From NCBI GenBank assembly GCA_905182235.1, contig CAJJAM010000017.1, positions 11,362 through 75,361 on the forward strand: 64,000 nt of DNA. The letters are read 5' to 3'. The notes beneath the pieces were generated by a model. It was given only the letters and a program-made list of their open reading frames with translations. It did not search any database and was not told the origin of the DNA. Numbering within the stretch: position 1 is the first letter of the stretch; each line of letters opens with the position of its first letter. Below are positions 30,621 to 40,054 of the stretch, piece after piece. The translations under genes and the position numbers were made by a program. Source of the DNA: SAR86 cluster bacterium SAR86B. Its GTDB lineage: Bacteria; Pseudomonadota; Gammaproteobacteria; Magnimaribacterales; Magnimaribacteraceae.

Positions 30621-31649
30621 ATGACTTTAAGAAATTATAAAAATAGGCAATGGTTGCTTGCTACTAGACCTCAAGGAATGGTGACAAAAGATAACTTTCA
30701 GTGGCTGGAAACTGAAGTTGAAACCCCAAAAGAAAACGAATTTCTTGTAAAAAATCTTTATCTAAGTTTTGACCCTGCACAACGAGGATGGATGGAAGAC
30801 AGAGAAAGTTATGTGCCTCCGGTAGGAATCGGTGAAGTTATGAGAGCAGGTTCCATTGCTCAGGTTGTTGAATCAAATAATCCTGATTTTAAAGCAGGAG
30901 ATATAGTGCAAGGAACTTTTGGATGGCAAGATTTCGCGATAAGTAACGGAAAAGGAATCATGAATGCCACTCATGTTCCTGCTGACATTCCTATCACGGC
31001 CCCTTTGAGTGTTTTTGGTATTACCGGCTTAACTGCTTATTTTGGGCTATTAGATATTGGTAAGCCCAAAGAAGGAAACACTGTACTAATCTCAGGTGCT
31101 GCTGGGGCAACGGGTTCAATAGTTGGCCAGATAGCGAAACTAAAAGGATGCAGAGTAATTGGCACCGCTGGTGGTGCTAAGAAATGCAGATGGTTAACGG
31201 AAAAAGCTAATTTTGACGTTGCTATCGATCACAAAACGGCAGATTTAAACTCAACCCTTCAAGAAATATGCCCGGAAGGCATTGATGTAATATTCGATAA
31301 CGTGGGAGGTGAATTTCTAAACACTGCCCTTTCAAGAATTAATCAAAATGCCAGAATAGTAATATGTGGGGCTATTTCAGGTTACAACGAAAAAGTACCA
31401 CCTCCAGGACCATCCAACTACACCGCTCTCATTATTCAAAGAGCTAAAATGGAAGGGTTTATTGTTTTAGACTACGTGAACCAATTCAATGATGCCGTGA
31501 AAGAATTAAGATCATGGGTGAAAGAAGGGAAAATAGTTTACCAAGAAGACATTGCGGAAGGATTAGAGAATGCTCCTGAAACTCTTCTGAGATTATATTC
31601 TGGAGAAAACACAGGAAAACAACTTCTAAAAGTTGCTGATCCCGATTAA
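30621..31649 (+). CDS. NADP-dependent oxidoreductase (alkenal/one reductase, YncB/PTGR1-like MDR)
   Basis: 342 aa with GMTGLTAYFGLLDIGKPK..GNTVLISGAAGATGSIVGQIAKLKGC and a C-terminal ...GEN.GK.L.K. motif. Confidence 0.85.
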   Translation: MTLRNYKNRQWLLATRPQGMVTKDNFQWLETEVETPKENEFLVKNLYLSFDPAQRGWMEDRESYVPPVGIGEVMRAGSIAQVVESNNPDFKAGDIVQGTFGWQDFAISNGKGIMNATHVPADIPITAPLSVFGITGLTAYFGLLDIGKPKEGNTVLISGAAGATGSIVGQIAKLKGCRVIGTAGGAKKCRWLTEKANFDVAIDHKTADLNSTLQEICPEGIDVIFDNVGGEFLNTALSRINQNARIVICGAISGYNEKVPPPGPSNYTALIIQRAKMEGFIVLDYVNQFNDAVKELRSWVKEGKIVYQEDIAEGLENAPETLLRLYSGENTGKQLLKVADPD

Positions 31650-31657
31650 TTTAATTT

Positions 31658-32260
31658 CTACCCGCCAAGCTTTTTAAGTATTTCTTGAAGAGAGTCCAAT
31701 CTAATTTGATTGGAATTTGATTCTAATATTAGCTGCTTATCCAGAGGCGAAATTGGTAGAAGACTTGCCAAATTATAGGCCACACTTGACGAACTAGAGA
31801 AGTCTATTTCAAATTGCAGTTTCTTAATCTCAGGGTGTTCAGATATTTCTCTAAGAACCCTCCAAATGTTTTCGTAATCTGCTTCTAAACAAATATCATC
31901 AGCTTCCTTCGATTGAACAATATTTCCTAACAACAAACCGTCATCTTGTTCTCTACGATCTAAGATTTGAGCTCTGTATTTTCCTTGTACAGTTATACCA
32001 AGGAGCCCATTCTCTAGTTGATTAAAATCAACAACTTCAACATAAGTACCCGTTGCTGAATGCTGCGCCTTGAGCGTTGAAAGCTCTTTTTCTTCTTTGA
32101 TTAAGACAATACAAAAACCTTTCTCTTTGCTCAAACAATCTTTAACCATATCGATGTAGCGGGGTTCAAATATCTGCAATGGTAAATAGGCGCCAGGAAG
32201 GACGTTAATTGTTAAAGGAAATAAAGCCGTCTCTTTCGCTGTACTAATTATCTCTTGCAT
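31658..32260 (-). CDS. LON substrate-binding (N-terminal) domain protein
   Basis: 200 aa. The LFPL..VLPGAYLPLQIFEPRY..M motif is typical of the Lon N-terminal / PUA-like domain. There is no ATPase or protease domain. Confidence 0.7.
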   Translation of the reverse strand: MQEIISTAKETALFPLTINVLPGAYLPLQIFEPRYIDMVKDCLSKEKGFCIVLIKEEKELSTLKAQHSATGTYVEVVDFNQLENGLLGITVQGKYRAQILDRREQDDGLLLGNIVQSKEADDICLEADYENIWRVLREISEHPEIKKLQFEIDFSSSSSVAYNLASLLPISPLDKQLILESNSNQIRLDSLQEILKKLGG

Positions 32261-33446
32261 AAGATTCTACCTGTTTCCAAACTCTTAAAAGATTGCCACT
32301 TAATATTTTCTTAAGGTCTTCTTTGCTATAGCCCCTACTAATGAGTTCGTTGATAAGGTTAGGGTACATAGATACATCTTTAAGACCTTCTGGGAGAGAA
32401 TCCCCTACCCCATCAAAATCAGAACCCAAACCAACATGGTCAACCCCGACGAGATTTACAACTCTATCTATGTGATCCGCGACAATTGAAACACTTGCGA
32501 AAGGAAAGGGATTGTTCTCCATAAATTCTTCTCTTGCATTATCTACGTCTTCCTTTGGAGCGTTTTCTATATCAATAACGTGTTTACTTAAATAGTCTTT
32601 CATCTGGTCAAAATACAAGCCCGGGGCTTCTGAAACAAAACTGCTTCCAAAATTTATTTGGATTACACCGCCTTTTTTTGCCAGTGCTTTCAACATGTCA
32701 TCATTAACATTTCTTTCAAAGCCCGGGGTGAAGTGTCTTAAGGATGAATGACTGGCTATGACAGGTGTATTACTAGTTTCTATAGCTTGATAAAAAGCTT
32801 CATCATTAACGTGAGAAATATCTACCATTACCCCAACTAAATTCATCTCTCTTATTAACTGCCTACCGAAATCGCTTAACCCGCCCCATTGAATATTTTC
32901 ATCATAAGATGAATCGCTAATATGGTTTGTTTTGGAATGAGTCAGAGTTATATATCGGATACCACGATCGTAAAAAAATTGAACCCTTGAGAGATCACTT
33001 TCTATGGGAGCACCATTTTCCATCCCCAAAACCAACCCAATGTTATTTTTCTTATTTAGAGAGAGAGCACTATCAGTTGAGCCAATGAGGGTAAATTTAT
33101 CAGGATTGAGGGTGACGATATCTTCAACCATATCTATAAGGCTATTAGCGACTTTATAAGCAGTTCCATCTTCCTCAGTCTCAGCAGGTAAATATATTGA
33201 GAAGAACGGTAGATTCAAACCTCCCTTTTTTGCTTTAATAAAATCAAAATTCCCTGTTGTCAATTTTGAAATGTCATCAATCTCTCGACCTGACTGATGT
33301 TGCTCTAATAATCTATAGGGGACATCAATGTGCGTATCAATTATCAGCATTTGAGAGGCTAGTTCTTTCCCCAAATCTTCAGGGTCTTCTTGTGTACAAC
33401 CGAGCAGAAGAAATAAAATAAAAGTAGTGGTTAAAATTCTAATCAT
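32244..33446 (-). CDS. Membrane dipeptidase (peptidase M19), lipoprotein
   Basis: 400 aa with a lipobox (LLLGC), IDTHIDVP, the DISH and SHS metal-binding motifs, and GLGSDFDG. Confidence 0.85.
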   Translation of the reverse strand: MIRILTTTFILFLLLGCTQEDPEDLGKELASQMLIIDTHIDVPYRLLEQHQSGREIDDISKLTTGNFDFIKAKKGGLNLPFFSIYLPAETEEDGTAYKVANSLIDMVEDIVTLNPDKFTLIGSTDSALSLNKKNNIGLVLGMENGAPIESDLSRVQFFYDRGIRYITLTHSKTNHISDSSYDENIQWGGLSDFGRQLIREMNLVGVMVDISHVNDEAFYQAIETSNTPVIASHSSLRHFTPGFERNVNDDMLKALAKKGGVIQINFGSSFVSEAPGLYFDQMKDYLSKHVIDIENAPKEDVDNAREEFMENNPFPFASVSIVADHIDRVVNLVGVDHVGLGSDFDGVGDSLPEGLKDVSMYPNLINELISRGYSKEDLKKILSGNLLRVWKQVESYARDN

Positions 33447-34797
33447 TATTTAGAGCTTTAAATAGAGAAGCTGACAACCCATCAAAGCTTCCATTCGACA
33501 TAGTGACTATGAGGTCATTAGGCTTTAATAAATCCACAACGTCTTCAACCGTTTCTTCTACTGAAGAAATAATCTTGGTCTTAGCCGGAGCATTCGCTTT
33601 TAATAATTTCAACTGATTGTCGTTGTCACTCTTCCAATAAACCATATCGGCCTCTTCCGTTGCTTCGTTGAGCAAGTCATCGTGCAAGCCTGATTTCATG
33701 GTATTTGATCTCATCTCTATTAAGGCAATTATACGACTTGATTTATATTTATCTCGCAAGCCTTTTAAAGTTGTTTTTATTGCAGTGGGATGATGCGCAA
33801 AGTCGTCTATCAAAGTAACGTTGTCATTTTCTAAAACAAGCTCTTGTCTTCTAGCAACCCCTAAAAATGCCTTTAAGGCTTCAAGAGCATTTTCAACATT
33901 TATGCCGCATTCCTGACACGCCAATATAGCACTCATTGCATTCATGGCATTGTGTTCCCCGAGCATTGACCAGTTTAAAGTGCCTACCTTCTCTCCGCTA
34001 ACTATTTGAGATGATGAAAAATCTTCGGTTAGAGCTCTGTAGTAATTATTAGAATCTTTGTCACAACTAAAGCCTATTTTCTGGCTCCAACATCCCAATT
34101 CAAACAGAGTTTTAATGTTGTTATCTGTTTCAGGAAAAATTATTGATGCATCTGTTGGCAAAGTTCTAATGAGATGATGAAACTGTTTTAAGATCTGAGA
34201 AAGGTCTGAATATATATCAGCATGATCAAACTCAATGTTATTCAGCACTAAAATATCTGGGTGATAGTGAATGAATTTAGCTCTTTTATCAAAAAATGCT
34301 GTGTCGTATTCATCTGCCTCTATTACGAAAACCTCCTCAGTACCCAGTCTTGAAGAAACTTCAAAGTTATTTGGCTTGCCGGCAATCAAATAACCAACAT
34401 CTTTACCTGCATGTTTAAAAATCCAAGCAATCATTGCTGTTGTACTTGTTTTTCCATGAGTTCCGGAAACGGCAATAACTTTTTTATTTCTAAGAATAGA
34501 AGCGTAGAGCCACTCTGGGCCAGAAAGGATGTTTGCTCTCTTATTAAGTAAATACTCAACAGCTGCATTACCTCTGGACAAAGCATTACCTATTAAATAA
34601 ACATCAGCTTCCGGTATGTCTTCAACTGAATATCCGTGTGTAATTATTATACCTTGTTCATTTAAATGATCTGACATCGGGGGGTAAATATTTTCATCAC
34701 ATCCTGTGACTTCATAACCTGATTCTCTTGCAAGCAGAGCAAGACCTCCCATGAATGTTCCACATATGCCTAAAATATGTATCTTTTTATTTATCAT
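33439..34797 (-). CDS. mpl: UDP-N-acetylmuramate:L-alanyl-gamma-D-glutamyl-meso-DAP ligase
   Basis: 452 aa with N-terminal HILGICGTFMGGLA, the GTHGKTST P-loop and a Mur ligase C-terminal domain. Confidence 0.92.
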   Translation of the reverse strand: MINKKIHILGICGTFMGGLALLARESGYEVTGCDENIYPPMSDHLNEQGIIITHGYSVEDIPEADVYLIGNALSRGNAAVEYLLNKRANILSGPEWLYASILRNKKVIAVSGTHGKTSTTAMIAWIFKHAGKDVGYLIAGKPNNFEVSSRLGTEEVFVIEADEYDTAFFDKRAKFIHYHPDILVLNNIEFDHADIYSDLSQILKQFHHLIRTLPTDASIIFPETDNNIKTLFELGCWSQKIGFSCDKDSNNYYRALTEDFSSSQIVSGEKVGTLNWSMLGEHNAMNAMSAILACQECGINVENALEALKAFLGVARRQELVLENDNVTLIDDFAHHPTAIKTTLKGLRDKYKSSRIIALIEMRSNTMKSGLHDDLLNEATEEADMVYWKSDNDNQLKLLKANAPAKTKIISSVEETVEDVVDLLKPNDLIVTMSNGSFDGLSASLFKALNND

Positions 34798-34859
34798 TTT
34801 TTAATTATACCTACCATCAGCTATTCCAACTTAGAGAACTTTTACGTACTATCTCAAAT

Positions 34860-36116
34860 ATGGATAAAAGGAATGCACTTTACGCTCAATCAGGAGGAGT
34901 TACTTCAGTAATAAACGCTACAGCAGCAGCCGTTATTGAGACTGCAAATAAATCGAAGAGAATTAATAAAGTTTACGCTGGTAAAAATGGAATAGTGGGA
35001 ATACTGAGAGAAAATCTAATCGATACAAGTTTAGAAGATAAAGCTCAACTTAAAAAACTGATCCATACTCCTGGTGGTGCCTTTGGTTCGTGCCGTCATA
35101 AATTACAAGACTTTGATGTCAATAAAAGAGAATACCAACGCTTAATGGATGTCTTCGTAGCCCACAACATTGGTTATTTCTTTTACAACGGAGGAGGAGA
35201 TTCTCAGGATACAACGAACAAAATAGCTAAAATTACAGCAGATCTTGGATTTCCAGTTACGTGTATTGGTATACCAAAAACTATTGATAACGACCTTCCT
35301 TTTACCGATAACTGCCCCGGATTTGGTTCCGTTGCTAAATACGTCTCGACCTCAACAAGGGAAGCAAGCCTCGACGTTGAGAGTATGTCAGAAACATCGA
35401 CAAAAGTTTTCATACTTGAAGTCATGGGAAGGCACGCGGGTTGGATTGCAGCATCTGCAGGTCTGGCAGCAGAAAAGAAGAATGACGCTCCTCATATTAT
35501 TCTTTTCCCTGAAGTGGCTTTTAATCAAAAAAAGTTTTTAAATAAAGTTAAATTAACCGTTAAAACATGTGGATATTGCGTAATTGTTGTCTCAGAAGGC
35601 GCTCAAGATAAAGATGGAAAGTTTTTAGCTGACTCAGGTTCAGTTGACTCTTTCGGGCATGCTCAATTAGGCGGAGTAGCTCCGTACATAGCTTCCTTGG
35701 TAAGTGATCAGCTTGGTTACAAACATCATTGGTCGGTTTCAGACTATCTTCAAAGATCAGCAAGACATATTTCTTCCCAAGTAGACCTTGATCAAGCCTA
35801 TGCTGTAGGTGAAGCAGCCGTGAAGATGGCTTTATCTGGTGAAAATGCCGTTATGCCGATCATCATCAGAAAAAAAACCAAGCAATACGGTTGGGAAATC
35901 GGAAAAGCCAAGCTTTCCGAGGTCGCTAATTTCGAAAAGAAGATGCCTAAAACTTTCATCACAAAAGATGGATTTGGCATCACAAAATCTTGCAAGAACT
36001 ACCTTAGTCCATTAATTCAAGGTGAGGCGTACCCTCCCTTTAAAGATGGCTTACCTGAGATTGCGAGACTTAAAAAAAGAATGGTGAAAAAAAAGCTTAA
36101 GAATTTTAAAGTTTAG
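34860..36116 (+). CDS. pfk: 6-phosphofructokinase (long type; phosphoryl-donor specificity unresolved)
   Basis: The start is trimmed to MDKRNALYAQSGG. It has GGGDSQ, PKTIDNDL and MGRHAGW motifs. The residue after GGD is Ser rather than Gly or Asp, so I cannot call ATP versus PPi dependence. Confidence 0.85.
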   Translation: MDKRNALYAQSGGVTSVINATAAAVIETANKSKRINKVYAGKNGIVGILRENLIDTSLEDKAQLKKLIHTPGGAFGSCRHKLQDFDVNKREYQRLMDVFVAHNIGYFFYNGGGDSQDTTNKIAKITADLGFPVTCIGIPKTIDNDLPFTDNCPGFGSVAKYVSTSTREASLDVESMSETSTKVFILEVMGRHAGWIAASAGLAAEKKNDAPHIILFPEVAFNQKKFLNKVKLTVKTCGYCVIVVSEGAQDKDGKFLADSGSVDSFGHAQLGGVAPYIASLVSDQLGYKHHWSVSDYLQRSARHISSQVDLDQAYAVGEAAVKMALSGENAVMPIIIRKKTKQYGWEIGKAKLSEVANFEKKMPKTFITKDGFGITKSCKNYLSPLIQGEAYPPFKDGLPEIARLKKRMVKKKLKNFKV

Positions 36117-37311
36117 TCTTACCTTCCAAAGGACCTTCGAATAAAATACCGACTTTACTTAAACGATTGATCAGAGTTTTTCCTAATCCTGAAGCACTTG
36201 TTAGCACGCCACCGTATTCACTGCCTCCTGGCAAAGAATTAATATCTTTAACTAATGCTAAAGCGCACTCTGTTACTAATTTTGACGTGACTCTATACCC
36301 CGGATCACCTTCTCCAAACATTCTAAAAACACTTTTAGCTCCGTCTTCAGTTTCGACTATGTATTTACAATCAAAGAACCCTGTACGTTGAACTTCTTCG
36401 CTTGGCCCTTCTCCTGGCTTTGGCATGAAAGGTCTAACCAAGTGTTTTAGAGGAGTAATGAGAACAATACCTATTGCAATTGTAGAAAATAAAGAGCTGA
36501 TTGCACTCCACCTAGAAGCATGAAAGGCATGCTCTTGATAAGTAAACTCTGTTCCATAATTCTCTTGTCTTTCTGCAAGCAGTGCTGCAGTTCGCCTAAC
36601 CACCCGGGTATTAGCTGTGGCCATAACAAACGGACCTGACCATGCATTAATTTCTTCTTTTTTAGCTATCCCAACTCTGTCACTGCTCAACTCGCGCTGT
36701 TCTTCAGAGAAAGAATCTTTTGGGTTGAGTAAAAAGGTGTCTTGCATTTCCGGTCCCAGTCCAAGACTTCCCATTGAGAACATGGTTTCAAGAGTACCTC
36801 CCGACGCCCCTCCTTTGAAAGAATGGAATGACTCCACTCTTTTAATAGGAACACCAACATGAGTTGAAGCGAAGTAAGTACCTAGGTCGGATGGAATAGA
36901 ATCAAAACCACAAGAAGGAATTATTCTGATTCCTTTGGATGCCGCTTCTTCATGATGTTTTTCAATTAAACCTTTTACCCAAAAGTTTTCTCCGGTGATG
37001 TCAACGTAGTGAGAAGAGTTTTCTACACAAGAAGCTACTAATTTGGATCCGTACCTATGGAATGGTCCAGCAGTGGACAACACCACCTTTGTTCTTTTTG
37101 TTAATAACCCAAGAGCTTCTTCATCTTCACAATCTGCAATAATAATTTCAACTTCAACGTTATTGTTCTTTGCAACTTCTTCTAACTTTTCCTTATTCCG
37201 TCCTGCTATAGCCCAAGTAATACCTTCGTCAACGGACTTTAAATACTTAACACAAAGTTGACCTGTAAAACCTGTGGCACCGTAAATTACTATATCGATA
37301 TCTTTATTCAT
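36106..37311 (-). CDS. Saccharopine dehydrogenase family / trans-acting enoyl reductase-like protein
   Basis: 401 aa with the N-terminal Rossmann motif IVIYGATGFTGQL and C-terminal membrane-association-like features of this family. Confidence 0.8.
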   Translation of the reverse strand: MNKDIDIVIYGATGFTGQLCVKYLKSVDEGITWAIAGRNKEKLEEVAKNNNVEVEIIIADCEDEEALGLLTKRTKVVLSTAGPFHRYGSKLVASCVENSSHYVDITGENFWVKGLIEKHHEEAASKGIRIIPSCGFDSIPSDLGTYFASTHVGVPIKRVESFHSFKGGASGGTLETMFSMGSLGLGPEMQDTFLLNPKDSFSEEQRELSSDRVGIAKKEEINAWSGPFVMATANTRVVRRTAALLAERQENYGTEFTYQEHAFHASRWSAISSLFSTIAIGIVLITPLKHLVRPFMPKPGEGPSEEVQRTGFFDCKYIVETEDGAKSVFRMFGEGDPGYRVTSKLVTECALALVKDINSLPGGSEYGGVLTSASGLGKTLINRLSKVGILFEGPLEGKTKL

Positions 37312-37316
37312 AAATA

Positions 37317-37718
37317 CTAAATCTTTTTAACGACTCCTCCAAAATTAATAATAACTTTTTCTTCAACTTTAATATCTCCTTCCACAAACCCCAATGACTT
37401 TCCTACTTTTGTTGGCGTAGCTCTAATAATTAGAAGACTGTCCTTCTCTGCTGGTGCTATAAATTCTGAGTGAAAACTTACGGTAGTTACTAAACTATTC
37501 CTGTCTTTCATTGCGGATGAAGCCATGGCGAAATCTGCTAAAGCCATCAACACTCCTCCGTGAGCAGTTCCATAGCCGTTACAATTTTCAGGTTTTACAT
37601 AAAAAGCCATGTATAAATTATTGCCTTCGCGCTTGTAAAAACCCGGCCCTAGAGTTTCTATATGCGGTTGGTTAAAAGATAACTCTTTATAACCTTCTGG
37701 TATTTCTGCTTTACTCAT
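37317..37718 (-). CDS. PaaI-family (hotdog fold) thioesterase
   Basis: 133 aa with the HGGVLMALADFAMA motif. Confidence 0.75.
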   Translation of the reverse strand: MSKAEIPEGYKELSFNQPHIETLGPGFYKREGNNLYMAFYVKPENCNGYGTAHGGVLMALADFAMASSAMKDRNSLVTTVSFHSEFIAPAEKDSLLIIRATPTKVGKSLGFVEGDIKVEEKVIINFGGVVKKI

Positions 37719-37735
37719 ATATCTTTATTATAATC

Positions 37736-38851
37736 ATGAGATCACTTTTAGGGTTAATGAATCAATTTCTTTTAATAACAAAAATCTTACTGCTGGGGAT
37801 CGTGTCCTTCAATGTCCTTGGTGTTGATAAAACTAATTTTTCATCTCATACGATTGTTTGGCAAGGAGTAGAACGGGAATATTTAATTTATTTACCAGAA
37901 GAATATAAAGATTCAAAAAAAGAATATTTCCCCTTGGTGGTTGGCTTGCATGGATACGTAGGAACTTCCAGTGGGTTTGAGAGAGAAACCAGCAAAGGAC
38001 TTAATCTTCATGCTGAAAAAGAAAATTATATAGCCGTCTATCCTCAAGGGTCTCATTTCAACAATTCAGAAGATGATAAAAGCACTTTTGTAAGCTCTTG
38101 GAATGACATTATCAGTAACGCAGAGCCTGCTCCAGGTCAACCTCCGAGCTGCTCTCATAAAACCAACCCTGTTCCTAGACCAAAAGAATGCTCGACCTTT
38201 GGCTTGTGTGCTTGGACAAGTTGTTACGATGATTTAGGGTTTATAAAACAAATAATAGAAGTAATCTCACAATCCTACAAAGTTGATATAGAAAGAAGGT
38301 ATATGGTCGGATTAAGCAATGGCGGTGCAATGACTCATAAATTTGCATGCACTTACCCTGATTTATTGGCAGCAGCAGTCGCTGTTGCTCCCTCGATTGC
38401 AAAAGGACGTTCTTGCACCCCTGATTCATCTCTTCCTTACTTACAGATTTTTGGTGAGAATGATAAAATCACTCCCTCTGATGATTCTCAGTCTGCCGGG
38501 GGATATTTCTATGAAAACCCTCTCAACTCATTTAATTCATGGTCAGATTCAATGCAATGCAATAGCCAAGTTATAAGAGATGATCTTTTAATAGCAAAAA
38601 AAGAAGGGTTGATTTGTTATTCAAGAAAACAATGTGAAATTTCAACGCACGAAGTAGTAAATTGCATGATTCCAGAAGGAGGTCATCATTGGCCTGGGCA
38701 AACTCCGGATGCTGGCTATTGCAGGAATGATATACAGGCAAACACGGTCTCTAACTATTACAATTGTAAAAAAGACTACCCTTCTAAAGTGAACTGGGGA
38801 AATGATATGATCTGGGAGTTTCTTAATAAACACAGGAAAGTTAATGGATAA
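37736..38851 (+). CDS. Exported Cys-rich esterase, PHB-depolymerase / LpqC-like alpha/beta hydrolase
   Basis: 371 aa with a signal peptide, the HGY..T motif, the nucleophile elbow GLSNGG, about 14 Cys, and late His (GGHHWPG). Confidence 0.65.
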   Translation: MRSLLGLMNQFLLITKILLLGIVSFNVLGVDKTNFSSHTIVWQGVEREYLIYLPEEYKDSKKEYFPLVVGLHGYVGTSSGFERETSKGLNLHAEKENYIAVYPQGSHFNNSEDDKSTFVSSWNDIISNAEPAPGQPPSCSHKTNPVPRPKECSTFGLCAWTSCYDDLGFIKQIIEVISQSYKVDIERRYMVGLSNGGAMTHKFACTYPDLLAAAVAVAPSIAKGRSCTPDSSLPYLQIFGENDKITPSDDSQSAGGYFYENPLNSFNSWSDSMQCNSQVIRDDLLIAKKEGLICYSRKQCEISTHEVVNCMIPEGGHHWPGQTPDAGYCRNDIQANTVSNYYNCKKDYPSKVNWGNDMIWEFLNKHRKVNG

Positions 38852-40040
38852 CAATAATCACGGGATATTAAACGGAATAAAAGTGTTGGATTTTGGAAGG
38901 TACATAGCAGGACCCTTTTGTGGTGCCTTGCTGGGTGATTACGGAGCCGAAGTTATCAGAATTGAGAGAGTTGATGGAAGTGAAGATCGTTTTGTAACGC
39001 CAGTAACAGAAAACGAAGAGGGAGCCATGTTCCTTCAGCTCAACAGAAATAAACTTGGCTTCACTGTAAACCCTACAAAAGAAGAAGGCAGAGAGATAGT
39101 GGAAAGGTTGGTTAAAAAAGCAGATGTTGTGATTGCAAACCTGCCAGAAAATACGTTGCATTCAATGGGCTTGGACTACGAAAGATTAAAAAAAATAAAC
39201 CCTGCTATTGTCTTAACTTCAAATACTGCTTTTGGGACAACAGGACCTTATGCTGAAAGAGTTGGGTTCGATGGCGTAGCTCAAGCCATGTCAGGTGCCA
39301 TGGACATGACAGGAGATCCCGGCCTTCCATCCAAGGCATACTCTCCTTACGTAGATTTTTGCAGTGCGTCATTAGCAGCTTATGGGACTTTGCTTGCGTT
39401 AATGGAAAGAGAAAAAACTGGCAAAGGGCAAAGAGTACAGACTTCCTTATTGCAGTCTGCTTTAACGATGACAAACAGTCTGATTATTGAGCAAGAACTT
39501 CTTAACGTTAATCGAGTGGCTTCCCAGAACAGAGCACAAACATCTGGTCCTTCGGACACCTTCAAAACTAAAGACGGTTGGATCTTAGTACAAACAGTGG
39601 GTCAACCTTTGTTTAAAAGATGGGCTGAGCTTGTAGGGGCAGAAGAATGGCTCAACGATGAACGTTTTAAAGATGATCTAAGTCGTGGGAACAACAGTTT
39701 GCTTATTAGTAAAAAAATGGCCGAGTGGTGTGCAAAAAGAACCAATCATGAAGCCATGCAAGAACTGGAAACCTCAAGAATACCCGTGGGTGAAGTGCTC
39801 AAAGCAAAAGACGTTATGAATGATCCTCACATAAAAGAGAAAAAGGTGTACAAGGATATGGAATACCCTGAACTGGACAAAACAGTACCTGTGGTGGGAC
39901 CGGCTATTGAGCTTTCAGACAACCCTGGTGAAATAAGAACGAGAGCACCCTTGTTAGGTGAACACAATATTCAAATCCTTCATGACTTAGGATACTCAGA
40001 CGATGAAATTGTGGAATTTAAAACAAATAGAATTATTTAA
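38844..40040 (+). CDS. CoA transferase family III (CaiB/BaiF)
   Basis: 398 aa with the N-terminal LNGIKVLDFGRYIAGPFCGALLGDYGAEVIRIE motif. It overlaps the esterase end by 8 nt. Confidence 0.88.
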   Translation: MDNNNHGILNGIKVLDFGRYIAGPFCGALLGDYGAEVIRIERVDGSEDRFVTPVTENEEGAMFLQLNRNKLGFTVNPTKEEGREIVERLVKKADVVIANLPENTLHSMGLDYERLKKINPAIVLTSNTAFGTTGPYAERVGFDGVAQAMSGAMDMTGDPGLPSKAYSPYVDFCSASLAAYGTLLALMEREKTGKGQRVQTSLLQSALTMTNSLIIEQELLNVNRVASQNRAQTSGPSDTFKTKDGWILVQTVGQPLFKRWAELVGAEEWLNDERFKDDLSRGNNSLLISKKMAEWCAKRTNHEAMQELETSRIPVGEVLKAKDVMNDPHIKEKKVYKDMEYPELDKTVPVVGPAIELSDNPGEIRTRAPLLGEHNIQILHDLGYSDDEIVEFKTNRII

Positions 40041-40054
40041 ATTAGGAGATAAAT

